From Bellilinea caldifistulae (lineage in GTDB: Bacteria; Chloroflexota; Anaerolineae; Anaerolineales; Anaerolineaceae): a stretch of DNA of 32,000 nucleotides. Made by a program: the position numbers and the translations under genes. The DNA lies in the NCBI RefSeq assembly GCF_001306055.1, contig NZ_LGHJ01000014.1:30001-62000 (forward strand), given 5' to 3'. The notes under the pieces were generated by a model, which saw only the letters and a list, made by a program, of their open reading frames with translations, was not told the origin of the DNA and did not search any database. Positions 25,333 through 32,000 of this stretch are shown here, one piece after another. Position 1 is the stretch's first letter. The number at the start of each line of letters is the position of its first letter.

Positions 25333-26025
25333 ATGCACTTTTCCTTGCATTCCCGATTACTCCGTTCCGAGCCGGTGCGCCGCTGCCGGCTGACCGAATG
25401 CCGCGCTGCCTGCTGCTTGCACGGCGTTTGGCTGGATTGGGAAGAATGGCAGGAAATCCTCCTGTACGCGCCCTTAATCATACCGCATATGCCGGTTGAT
25501 TTGAATGATCCACGCGGGTGGGTGGATGGCAGAATTGAGGACGACCCATTTACCCCCAGCCGGCGGGTGATTCATAGCCGGGTGCTACCGGATGCCAGCC
25601 ATTATGGGGGCACAGCCTGTGTCTTTTTAAGGGATGATTACAAATGTGCCTTGCAGGTGGCGGGTGAGCAGGCCGGCCTGCATCCGTGGCGCTTCAAACC
25701 GTTTTACTGCATTCTCCATCCGCTGGATTTGAACGAGGACGGCCGGATTACGCTGGATGAAACGGATGCGCTGTTAAGTGAGCCCGGCAGTTGTCTGCGC
25801 CCCTCAAACGAAACCGCGCTGCTGTTGCAAATCTTTAATGAAGAATTGCGTTATCTGTCGGGCGGACGGGGCTGGCAGGCTTTATTCGCGGAGGTCAGCG
25901 AAATTGATAAACCAGCACGCCCGGCTGATTCGTCACCAGATACAACCGGTCATCCTGACCAAATGCCATGCCAAAGGCGACACCGGGGACAGGCAGGGTG
26001 CGCAGATACTGACCATCCAGATTGA
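25333..26025 (+). CDS. Cys-rich DUF3109-like protein (start uncertain; 3' tail overlaps the convergent NHL gene)
   Basis: The pattern C-x-L-x-x-C-x-x-x-CC-x-x-G (RCRLTECRAACCLHG) is followed by GGTACVFL..DYKCALQ and KPFYCILHPL, as in DUF3109-type proteins. The track's GTG at 25315 sits directly on the rpiB SD, so I prefer the ATG at 25333. The last ~40 codons (25895-26025) look non-conserved and low-quality, and they overlap the NHL gene end. Confidence 0.5.
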   Translation: MHFSLHSRLLRSEPVRRCRLTECRAACCLHGVWLDWEEWQEILLYAPLIIPHMPVDLNDPRGWVDGRIEDDPFTPSRRVIHSRVLPDASHYGGTACVFLRDDYKCALQVAGEQAGLHPWRFKPFYCILHPLDLNEDGRITLDETDALLSEPGSCLRPSNETALLLQIFNEELRYLSGGRGWQALFAEVSEIDKPARPADSSPDTTGHPDQMPCQRRHRGQAGCADTDHPD

Positions 26026-27421
26026 ATATCATAATCCCTTTAATGTCGCTGACGTAGATTCTTCCCTGTGAATCCACCTGAATGGCGTTGATGGCACGAA
26101 ACTGGTTGACGGCATCGCCGCCGCTGCCAAAGCGGTTGAGAAACTTGCCCTCCGGTGAATACTTGAAAACTCCTTCCGTGAAACTGCCCGCCAGGTAAAA
26201 ATTACCCAGGCCGTCACCGCTCAGATAAGCCGTTAGTTCGCTTTCACCGGCTACGTTTTCAATGGCATGTTTGACCATCCACTCCACCTCGCCGTTGGCG
26301 TTCAGCAGGGCTAAGTCATCACCGTTGGCAACAATCCCAATTTTGCCGGTGCTGGTGAGAAAGACCTGCTGGATGGAAGTCCGTTCCAGTTGAATGGGCG
26401 GCAACGACGAACCGTCGGCCACATTCCGACGGTAGATGGCGCCATCATGGACGATGTGCAGGATGCCATCGCGACTGACGGCTAGCGAGAAAATTGTCGG
26501 TTTGTTTGATGTGCTGGCTTGGGGAGTGCCTTCCTCAATCCAGAGGTTGAGAAAATTACCCTGCGGGTCGAACTGCTGAATCCGCCCGCTGCGGTAATCA
26601 CTGACATAGATGTTGCCCTGCGGATCAACCGCAATGTGGCGCGGATCGTCGAAAGAGCCGTTACCGATGCCTTCCTTTCCAAAGGAAAGAACAACCCGTT
26701 CCCGTCCAAACGGGTTAACGGTCAACCACCAGCTTTCCAGGGGGCCGCCATCCGAGACGAGCGCCCAAAACACAATTCCAACGGTCAACAATGATACAAG
26801 GGAAATAATCAGGAAGGTCAGGCAACTGCTGAACGCAAAAATGGATGCAGCGCCTTTGGCAATTCTGGCTGTTTGTTGATTGTTCAATGGGGTGGGTTGC
26901 TCCATCAGGCGGGAGGCCAACCGCATGGCGGCTACAGCCCGTTGAGCGTCCTCTGCTCCGGCGCCTGTGATTTGACGATAGAGTTGCAAGGCCTGGTCTT
27001 CTTGACCCTTGTTGAGTAATTGCATGATTTGATTGGCGTCTTCACCGCTGAGGGTGAATGTCTGGCTGGAAAAGCGGTTTTCAACCTCACCGATTTGTAC
27101 AATTTGCCCCTGTTCCATCTGGGCAACCACCCGGCGGGCTTCCGGGCCATCCATGGCAAGTTTCTCCATCAATAGCTGGACGGCTTCTTCCACGCGGCCG
27201 GCACGGGTTAATTCGGCGGCTTCCCGCACTGAAACGGCTAACTCCGGCAGATTGAACAGACTCTCCGCCGGGCTGAGTGCCGGTTCAGTGGAAGCAGATC
27301 GCCGTAGTTCCGGGGGGACAATTACCGAGGAAAGGCAGTAAGTACAGGAAATGACCCCCTGCTCGCGGTCGGGTTCTTGCAGGGGTGCGCCGCAACTCGG
27401 ACAGTGAAAGGTTTTACTCAT
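25895..27421 (-). CDS. Membrane protein: N-terminal zinc ribbon, two L7/L12-C-terminal-like helical motifs, one TM helix, extracytoplasmic NHL-repeat beta-propeller
   Basis: The start is moved to the ATG at 27421 (MSKTFHCPSCGAPL...CTYC), with GAGGG upstream. The track's extension to 27622 lies inside the icd-like gene in another frame. Helical motifs: VEEAVQLLMEKLAMDGPEARRVVAQM and EDQALQLYRQITGAGAEDAQRAVAAM. TM helix: AASIFAFSSCLTFLIISLVSLLTVGIVFWALV. NHL-like blades: FDDPRHIAVDPQGNIYVSDYRSGRIQQFDPQGNFL, ...INAIQVDSQGRIYVSDIKGIMIFNLDGQYL. Confidence 0.8.
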   Translation of the reverse strand: MSKTFHCPSCGAPLQEPDREQGVISCTYCLSSVIVPPELRRSASTEPALSPAESLFNLPELAVSVREAAELTRAGRVEEAVQLLMEKLAMDGPEARRVVAQMEQGQIVQIGEVENRFSSQTFTLSGEDANQIMQLLNKGQEDQALQLYRQITGAGAEDAQRAVAAMRLASRLMEQPTPLNNQQTARIAKGAASIFAFSSCLTFLIISLVSLLTVGIVFWALVSDGGPLESWWLTVNPFGRERVVLSFGKEGIGNGSFDDPRHIAVDPQGNIYVSDYRSGRIQQFDPQGNFLNLWIEEGTPQASTSNKPTIFSLAVSRDGILHIVHDGAIYRRNVADGSSLPPIQLERTSIQQVFLTSTGKIGIVANGDDLALLNANGEVEWMVKHAIENVAGESELTAYLSGDGLGNFYLAGSFTEGVFKYSPEGKFLNRFGSGGDAVNQFRAINAIQVDSQGRIYVSDIKGIMIFNLDGQYLRTLPVPGVAFGMAFGQDDRLYLVTNQPGVLVYQFR

Positions 27422-27434
27422 TCTTACCCTCGCT

Positions 27435-28877
27435 TTATTCCCCCTGTCCCAATGAATAGGCGCGCTGCCCCTCAAAGGTGTAGAGGTTTTCGGTTTTGAT
27501 GATCTGAAAACCGGCTTCATGCAATCGGTTGAGCAATGCAAGAATCCGGCGGTAATCCACTTCCTGATCGGCGGTGAAGCGACAGCGCCAGTGGTCTGTG
27601 CAGAAGGTTTCGGGAAAGCCACCGGGGTACACTTTGACGCCGCGGTTGGTGATCAACCGCAGGGGCAGCTCAGGTAGCGTCAGATCCGAGAGACGCCCGC
27701 CGAGTACATCCGGATTACGGCCGGGCTCGTTCCAGTCCAGAAAGATGTCCACCCCCACCAGCTGTTTGCAGCAAGGTGGAGCGCTCTGCAGCGGCGGCAT
27801 TTGAACGCCGCCGCTGTGGAAATGAGCCGGCGGCAGGATTTGAGGCAACTGTCCCAACCGCTCGATGACCGCCCGGGCAAATTCCTGGGTGCCGACCCGT
27901 TTTTGGCTGATGCCGAGGCGGTAAATATCAATGGTGTGGATGCCATCCTCCAATGTGCGCAACCAGGCGTTATGGATGTGTTCGGCGGTTTCGGCTAACC
28001 CCACATGCACCAGCATTTGGACGGCGGCTTGCAACAGGCCGGAGGGGTTGGCAATTCCTTTTCCGGCAATGTCCGGCGCCGAGCCGTGAATGGCTTCGAA
28101 CATGGCGAAATCTCGCCCCACATTCGCGGAACCGGCCAGTCCAACCGAACCGGCCACCTGAGCGGCCACATCCGAGAGGATATCCCCATACAGGTTGGGG
28201 GTTACAATTACATCCAGTACTTCCGGTTGAGCGGCCACCCTTGCCGTACCGATATCTATGATCTGGTGATCGGCTTGAATATCGGGGTATTCGGCGGCAA
28301 TCTCGTTGAACAGACGGTGAAAAAGGCCGTCGGTGATTTTCATAATGTTGTCTTTGGTCATGCAGGTTACTTTGCGGCGGCCGTATGCACGGGCATATTC
28401 AAAAGCGTAGCGAATGATGCTTTCGCTGCCGGGGCGGCTGATGAGTTTGAGGACCTGGGTCATCTCGGCTGTCTGCTGGTACTCGATGCCGCCGTACAGG
28501 TCTTCCTCGTTCTCACGGATGATGACCACATCCATGCCGGGAAAGGCCGAAGCGACAAAAGGCGCGTACGCTTTACACGGGCGGATATTGGCAAACAATC
28601 CCAACGATTTCCGCAGGGTTACGTTGACGCTCTTGAATCCACTGCCCTGCGGCGTGGTGAGGGGCGCTTTGAGCAGCACGCGATTGCGCCGGATGATTTC
28701 CCAGGCCGAGTCGGGAATGCCGGAAGTGATCCCCTGACGGTAAATTTTTTCCCCGATTTCGATTTCATCATAAGCCAGGGTGGCGCCGGCAGCTTCCAAT
28801 ATGGTCAGCACAGCATCCATGATCTCCGGTCCGATTCCATCGCCGCGCGCAATGGTGATGCGTTGTTTTTCGCCCAT
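27435..28877 (-). CDS. Isocitrate dehydrogenase (isocitrate/isopropylmalate dehydrogenase family) with a ~135-aa C-terminal extension
   Basis: ITIARGDGIGPEIM, SVNVTLRKSLGLFANIRPC, IIRENEEDLYGGIE, NLYGDILSD and GSAPDIAGKGIANP are the beta-decarboxylating dehydrogenase motifs, closest by eye to IDH (NAD-IDH-like). 480 aa versus about 340 for the core fold. AAGAGGA SD. Confidence 0.85.
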   Translation of the reverse strand: MGEKQRITIARGDGIGPEIMDAVLTILEAAGATLAYDEIEIGEKIYRQGITSGIPDSAWEIIRRNRVLLKAPLTTPQGSGFKSVNVTLRKSLGLFANIRPCKAYAPFVASAFPGMDVVIIRENEEDLYGGIEYQQTAEMTQVLKLISRPGSESIIRYAFEYARAYGRRKVTCMTKDNIMKITDGLFHRLFNEIAAEYPDIQADHQIIDIGTARVAAQPEVLDVIVTPNLYGDILSDVAAQVAGSVGLAGSANVGRDFAMFEAIHGSAPDIAGKGIANPSGLLQAAVQMLVHVGLAETAEHIHNAWLRTLEDGIHTIDIYRLGISQKRVGTQEFARAVIERLGQLPQILPPAHFHSGGVQMPPLQSAPPCCKQLVGVDIFLDWNEPGRNPDVLGGRLSDLTLPELPLRLITNRGVKVYPGGFPETFCTDHWRCRFTADQEVDYRRILALLNRLHEAGFQIIKTENLYTFEGQRAYSLGQGE

Positions 28878-29034
28878 CGTCTATCCTCTTTGGCAAGAAT
28901 TGTATAGGGTAATGATAACGGTTTTCCGGCAAAATTTCCAACTCTTGTTAGGAAATTAATTGCTTTAGATTTAATCCGAATTTTGCAGGTTATTTGTAAG
29001 TGTTAAAATCCTAACCCCCCTTATAATTGGAGGT

Positions 29035-30126
29035 ATGAACCTTTTCAGGAATAGAGGGTTTCTGGTCAGGTGGTTTTTGGGGGGCGCGCTCCTCCTGCCA
29101 GCAGTGATCCTGCTGGCGGGCTGTGGTGAGCGGGGGGTGCCCGGATCGTGGCTGCTGACCCCGATTGATCAGCCAGTGGTGATCAGCGCCACTTTGCCGC
29201 CGCCCGCCGAAACGGCTACCTTCCCACCAGTCCCAACCGACACACTTCCGCCCCCAACCATGGAGGCTGAGGTCACCGCAACGCCTGAACCGACCCTGAC
29301 CTTCACCGCAACTGCCAGCGCCACCCTGCCACCCACGGTTGAAGGTACGCCAACCTTTGGCCCCAGCCCGACCCGGACGCGCACCCCCACCCGGACGCGT
29401 TTTCCAACCCGTACCCCTACCCCCAGCCGTACTCCCACCGTCACCCAAACGCCTACTCCGCCGCTGGCATTCATGCGGATTCAAAAACCGGGACCTTATT
29501 CCAAAATATCCTCTCCCCTGCAGGTGGAGGCGCTGGTCAGCCCGGGTGAGGATGGTTATGTCTATGTGGAGTTGATTGGCGAAGATGGGCGGGTGATCAC
29601 TCGCCAGGCGTTGGATTACCGCTCGTTTATGAACCGTTACTTTTATATCAACCCTCAGGTGCCATTTGAATTGAATACAGCGGCCGAAACGGCACGGCTG
29701 GTGGTGCGTGTGCAGGACCGTTTTCAGCGTCCCACCTACCTCTGTTCGGTAGAGGTGGTACTGATGCGGCTGGGCCGGAGTGAGATAACTGCGCCGCAGA
29801 TTGTGCAGGAACCCTACGTGGTGCGATCGCCGCGCGAAGGAGCAGTCATCAGCGGGGGAGTGCTGCGGGTGACGGGACTGGCGCGGCTGGTCAATGACCG
29901 CCCGTTGATTTTCGAACTGATTGACGAAAGGGGGCAACTGGTCAGCAATGCCGTAATCGAACATTCCCAGCCGTACGGCGACCTGAGCCATGTCCCCTTT
30001 GAGGTGTTCATACCCTATTCGGTCGAGCAGGACACCCCGGTTCGACTGGTCATTCGCCAGGAATCGGCTACCCGCATCCCCGGCACGGTCTGGCTTTCGA
30101 GTATGCTGCTAACCCTCCAGCCTTAA
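29035..30126 (+). CDS. Lipoprotein with a Pro/Thr-rich linker and two Ig-like (Gmad2-type) domains
   Basis: Signal peptide with lipobox LLAG-C (Cys30, codon TGT at 29122-29124). Pro/Thr-rich region at aa 54-143. Two similar modules follow (ISSPLQVEALVSPGEDGYVYVELIGEDGRVI and VVRSPREGAVISGGVLRVTGLARLVNDRPLIFELIDERGQLV), which resemble the Gmad2 Ig-like domain. TGGAGG SD. Confidence 0.75.
   Translation: MNLFRNRGFLVRWFLGGALLLPAVILLAGCGERGVPGSWLLTPIDQPVVISATLPPPAETATFPPVPTDTLPPPTMEAEVTATPEPTLTFTATASATLPPTVEGTPTFGPSPTRTRTPTRTRFPTRTPTPSRTPTVTQTPTPPLAFMRIQKPGPYSKISSPLQVEALVSPGEDGYVYVELIGEDGRVITRQALDYRSFMNRYFYINPQVPFELNTAAETARLVVRVQDRFQRPTYLCSVEVVLMRLGRSEITAPQIVQEPYVVRSPREGAVISGGVLRVTGLARLVNDRPLIFELIDERGQLVSNAVIEHSQPYGDLSHVPFEVFIPYSVEQDTPVRLVIRQESATRIPGTVWLSSMLLTLQP
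29368..29463 (+). repeat. Low-complexity coding repeat (PTRTRTPTRTRFPTRTPTPSRTPTVTQTPTPP)
   Basis: Imperfect tandem ACCCGGACGCG/ACCCGTACCCC-type units encode P-T-R/P-T-P repeats inside the lipoprotein linker. They generate the R/G-rich antisense shadow ORF at 29011..29991. Confidence 0.8.
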
Positions 30127-30848
30127 TCGCTGGTCAATTTTTGAAAGCGCGGCACACCGCGCAGATCATTCAGGTCAGGGTCCTGGCGGCACCATTCTAC
30201 CAGGTGCGGGTCAAGCTGAAGGGCTTCTTCCAGCAAATCCAATGCCCGGTCAAACTCACCGCCACCGGTCAACAGGCAAGCCAGATCATAAAGAAGTAAG
30301 GCGCGGCTTGCTCCCAGCTCCGCGAGGGAGGAAACCCATTGCAAGGCTTCCTCTTGAAGGGAGGAAGCCCGCGGGAGGTCATTCAACTTTCGATAGGTAT
30401 GCACAAGATGCTGAATGACATGAATGTAACCGTTTCCTAGAATGTAGGAAAGGAGCGGAGTACCTTTGCGCCATTCAAAACGGTGAGGGTCAGTGAGGTC
30501 TTCATCCTCGAAACGGTTGAGAGCCTCCTTTACGGCGTTCATGGTGCTTTGGGCTTCTCGAAGCAGAGCCGCCAGGGGAATGTGTTGTTTGTCAAAATAT
30601 ACTTCACGGTTGACCTGATCATACGGGGGGTAAGAGGGCGGTGCTTGATTCCGGAAGGCGTAAGCCAGGGTTTCGACCATTCGCTGCCGCCAATAGGTGG
30701 TGTGTGCCAGCGAGTCTTTGGGAGACCAGTTTTCAAAAGTGCCTTCGGCGCTTCGTTCTCCTTCGCTGAGACTTTCAATCAGGTCCATCTCGGCCTGATA
30801 AGCCCTTTGCAGAAGGGTTACAATTTTTTGAACCAAATCTTTACCCAT
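30123..30848 (-). CDS. ClbS/DfsB (DinB-like four-helix-bundle) domain protein fused to a C-terminal TPR-like region
   Basis: N-terminal ...FENWSPKDSLAHTTYWRQRMVE...GNGYIHVIQHLVHTYRKL resembles the ClbS/DfsB (DUF1706) and DinB-like pattern. The C-terminal ...LLYDLACLLTGGGEFDRALDLLEEALQLDPHLVEWCRQDPDLNDLRGVPRFQKL is TPR-like. Confidence 0.55.
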   Translation of the reverse strand: MGKDLVQKIVTLLQRAYQAEMDLIESLSEGERSAEGTFENWSPKDSLAHTTYWRQRMVETLAYAFRNQAPPSYPPYDQVNREVYFDKQHIPLAALLREAQSTMNAVKEALNRFEDEDLTDPHRFEWRKGTPLLSYILGNGYIHVIQHLVHTYRKLNDLPRASSLQEEALQWVSSLAELGASRALLLYDLACLLTGGGEFDRALDLLEEALQLDPHLVEWCRQDPDLNDLRGVPRFQKLTSD

Positions 30849-30877
30849 ATAATCCCCTTTCTGGGGGTGTTGGAAAC

Positions 30878-31297
30878 TTACTCTCCAATGATTTTAACCA
30901 GCACACGTTTACGCCGGCGTCCGTCGAACTCGCCGTAAAAAATTTGCTCCCATGGGCCAAAATCCAATTTACCGTTGGTGACCGCTACCACCACCTCTCG
31001 TCCCATGATTTGTCGTTTAAGGTGGGCGTCGGCGTTATCTTCGCCGGTGTTGTTGTGCCGGTACTGGCTGATCGGTTCGTGGGGGGCCAATTGTTCCAGC
31101 CAGCGCTCGTAATCATGGTGCAGGCCGGGTTCATCATCGTTGATGAACACCGAAGCGGTGATGTGCATGGCATTCACCAGACACAACCCTTCCCGAATGC
31201 CGCTTTCACGCAAGCAATCTTCCACCTGTGAGGTGATGTTGACGAAGCCGCGCCGGCTGGGGAGGTTAAACCAGAGTTCTTTGCGGTAGGACTTCAT
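30878..31297 (-). CDS. yjbQ: YjbQ/UPF0047 family protein (secondary thiamine-phosphate synthase)
   Basis: 139 aa. [12 protein letters not shown]...[27 protein letters not shown]...[40 protein letters not shown] is the highly conserved YjbQ pattern. Confidence 0.88.
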   Translation of the reverse strand: MKSYRKELWFNLPSRRGFVNITSQVEDCLRESGIREGLCLVNAMHITASVFINDDEPGLHHDYERWLEQLAPHEPISQYRHNNTGEDNADAHLKRQIMGREVVVAVTNGKLDFGPWEQIFYGEFDGRRRKRVLVKIIGE

Positions 31298-31315
31298 GAC
31301 CTGTTCCTTTCCTTT

Positions 31316-32000
31316 CTACGGCAGGTTCTTGCGCCGCTGCAGGAAGATTTCCTGAGCGTTGATTGCCGGTTCACCTTCGGCTGGTTTCAGCCGCTTGTAG
31401 GTGCCGTCGGGGTTCATCAGGCGGGCTTTGACGTTATCTGCCAGATAGAGGGTGAGAATGTCCTCGTAGATGGTACGGATCATGCGTTTGTCTTCAATTG
31501 GGAAGAGTACTTCCACACGCTGATTGAGGTTACGCGGCATCAAGTCGGCACTGCCCATATAAATTTCTTCGTCGCCGTTGTTGTGAAAGTAGTAAATTCG
31601 GCTGTGTTCCAGAAAACGCCCCACAATACTGATGACGCGGATGTTTTCGCTCAAGCCTTTAATGCCGGGCCGCAGGCAGCAAATGCCGCGCACAATTAAA
31701 TCAATTTTAACTCCGGCCTGTGAGGCGCGATACAGCCATTCGATGATGGGTTGATCCACCAGTGCATTCATCTTGAAAATGAGATGCCCGTTACCGTACT
31801 TTTGCTGATGTTCGATTTCGCGGGCAATCATCGCTTCGAATTGTTTTCGTAGATTAATGGGGGCTACCAGAAGTTTGCGGTAGTCCTCTTTCAGGGAGTA
31901 GCCGGTCAGGTAGTTGAACAGGTCGGTGGCATCGGCGGCGATTTCATCATCGCAGGTGAACAACGAAAGGTCTTCATACACCAATGCGGTAATGTGATTG
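31316..32000 (-). CDS. ppk1: Polyphosphate kinase 1, C-terminal part (5' end beyond the window)
   Basis: The reading frame stays open to base 32000 (…NHITALVYEDLSLFT…), so the TTG at 31984 in the track is internal. DLFNYLTGYS, VKIDLIVRGICCLRPG, VGRFLEHSRIYYF and GSADLMPRNL..RVEVLFPI are PPK1 C-terminal (PLD-like) domain signatures. Confidence 0.9.
   Translation of the reverse strand, partial: NHITALVYEDLSLFTCDDEIAADATDLFNYLTGYSLKEDYRKLLVAPINLRKQFEAMIAREIEHQQKYGNGHLIFKMNALVDQPIIEWLYRASQAGVKIDLIVRGICCLRPGIKGLSENIRVISIVGRFLEHSRIYYFHNNGDEEIYMGSADLMPRNLNQRVEVLFPIEDKRMIRTIYEDILTLYLADNVKARLMNPDGTYKRLKPAEGEPAINAQEIFLQRRKNLP

Noticed and set aside
27422-27622. N-terminal 67-codon extension of the NHL-protein ORF in the track (25895..27622)
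   Set aside because: It lies inside the 3' end of the icd-like gene in another frame. A well-placed ATG with a GAGGG SD at 27421 begins a zinc-ribbon motif, so the extension is not coding.
28005-28907. 300-aa plus-strand ORF antisense to the isocitrate dehydrogenase gene
   Set aside because: Shadow ORF. The minus-strand frame is a complete IDH-family protein.
29022-29027. Perfect TATAAT immediately upstream of the lipoprotein SD/ATG
   Set aside because: It lies only 7 nt before the ATG and abuts the TGGAGG SD, so a transcript starting downstream of it would lack the SD. There is no -35 at proper spacing. It is probably a fortuitous AT-rich hexamer, although leaderless expression cannot be excluded.
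29011-29991. 326-aa minus-strand ORF rich in R/G/W
   Set aside because: It is the mirror image of the Pro/Thr-rich lipoprotein gene (CCN/ACN codons read as GGN/NGT antisense). The plus-strand product has a proper lipoprotein signal peptide and SD.
1-32000. Search for CRISPR arrays, tRNA/rRNA genes, transposases/integrases, phage genes, toxin-antitoxin pairs or known defence-system genes
   Set aside because: No direct-repeat/spacer arrays or cloverleaf-like intergenic segments were seen; all gaps are at most ~200 nt. None of the credible CDS translations shows transposase, integrase, nuclease-helicase or TA-type signatures. The window looks like core chromosome apart from the signalling island.

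Overview
This is a gene-dense 32-kb chromosomal window with about 29 protein-coding genes on both strands and short intergenic gaps. I saw no rRNA, tRNA, CRISPR array, transposase or integrase. The DNA is moderately GC-rich and carries many long antisense shadow ORFs. The gene content is reminiscent of Chloroflexota-type genomes, but I cannot verify taxonomy without a search. LEFT (1-7.8 kb): a 5'-partial BNR/Asp-box propeller protein, a hotdog thioesterase, and ferritin plus a small membrane protein ending in a clean intrinsic terminator. This part also holds a translationally coupled rhodanese-SufE pair behind a palindromic candidate operator, and a minus-strand operon of DagK-family lipid kinase, a 544-aa unknown protein and Kbl. 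CENTRE (7,986-21,266): a discrete nine-gene, single-strand signalling island, bounded on both sides by opposite-strand housekeeping genes. Its genes are, in order: PATAN/DUF4388 protein, MglA/CvnD-type small GTPase, alpha/beta-hydrolase, V4R-like protein, hexapeptide (LbH) protein, then a 193-nt gap, then REC-GGDEF with a degenerate GGDNF site, a 2312-aa histidine kinase (TM-PAS-10xGAF-PAS core), a CheY-like receiver, and a second alpha/beta-hydrolase paralogue whose nucleophile Ser is replaced by Gly. This is my candidate for the undescribed system: a Ras-like GTPase module lacking the usual Roadblock/MglB or DUF742 partners, physically joined to a branched phosphorelay and bracketed by an enzyme/pseudoenzyme hydrolase pair. 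RIGHT (21.3-32 kb): LLM/F420-type oxidoreductase, M32 carboxypeptidase, 2-hydroxyacid/phosphoglycerate dehydrogenase, RpiB, a DUF3109-like Cys-rich protein, and a zinc-ribbon/TM/NHL-propeller protein. It continues with an isocitrate dehydrogenase carrying a C-terminal extension, a Pro/Thr-rich lipoprotein, a ClbS/DinB-like-TPR fusion, YjbQ and the 3' part of polyphosphate kinase 1. All family assignments come from motif recognition by eye on the supplied translations. No database search was run.
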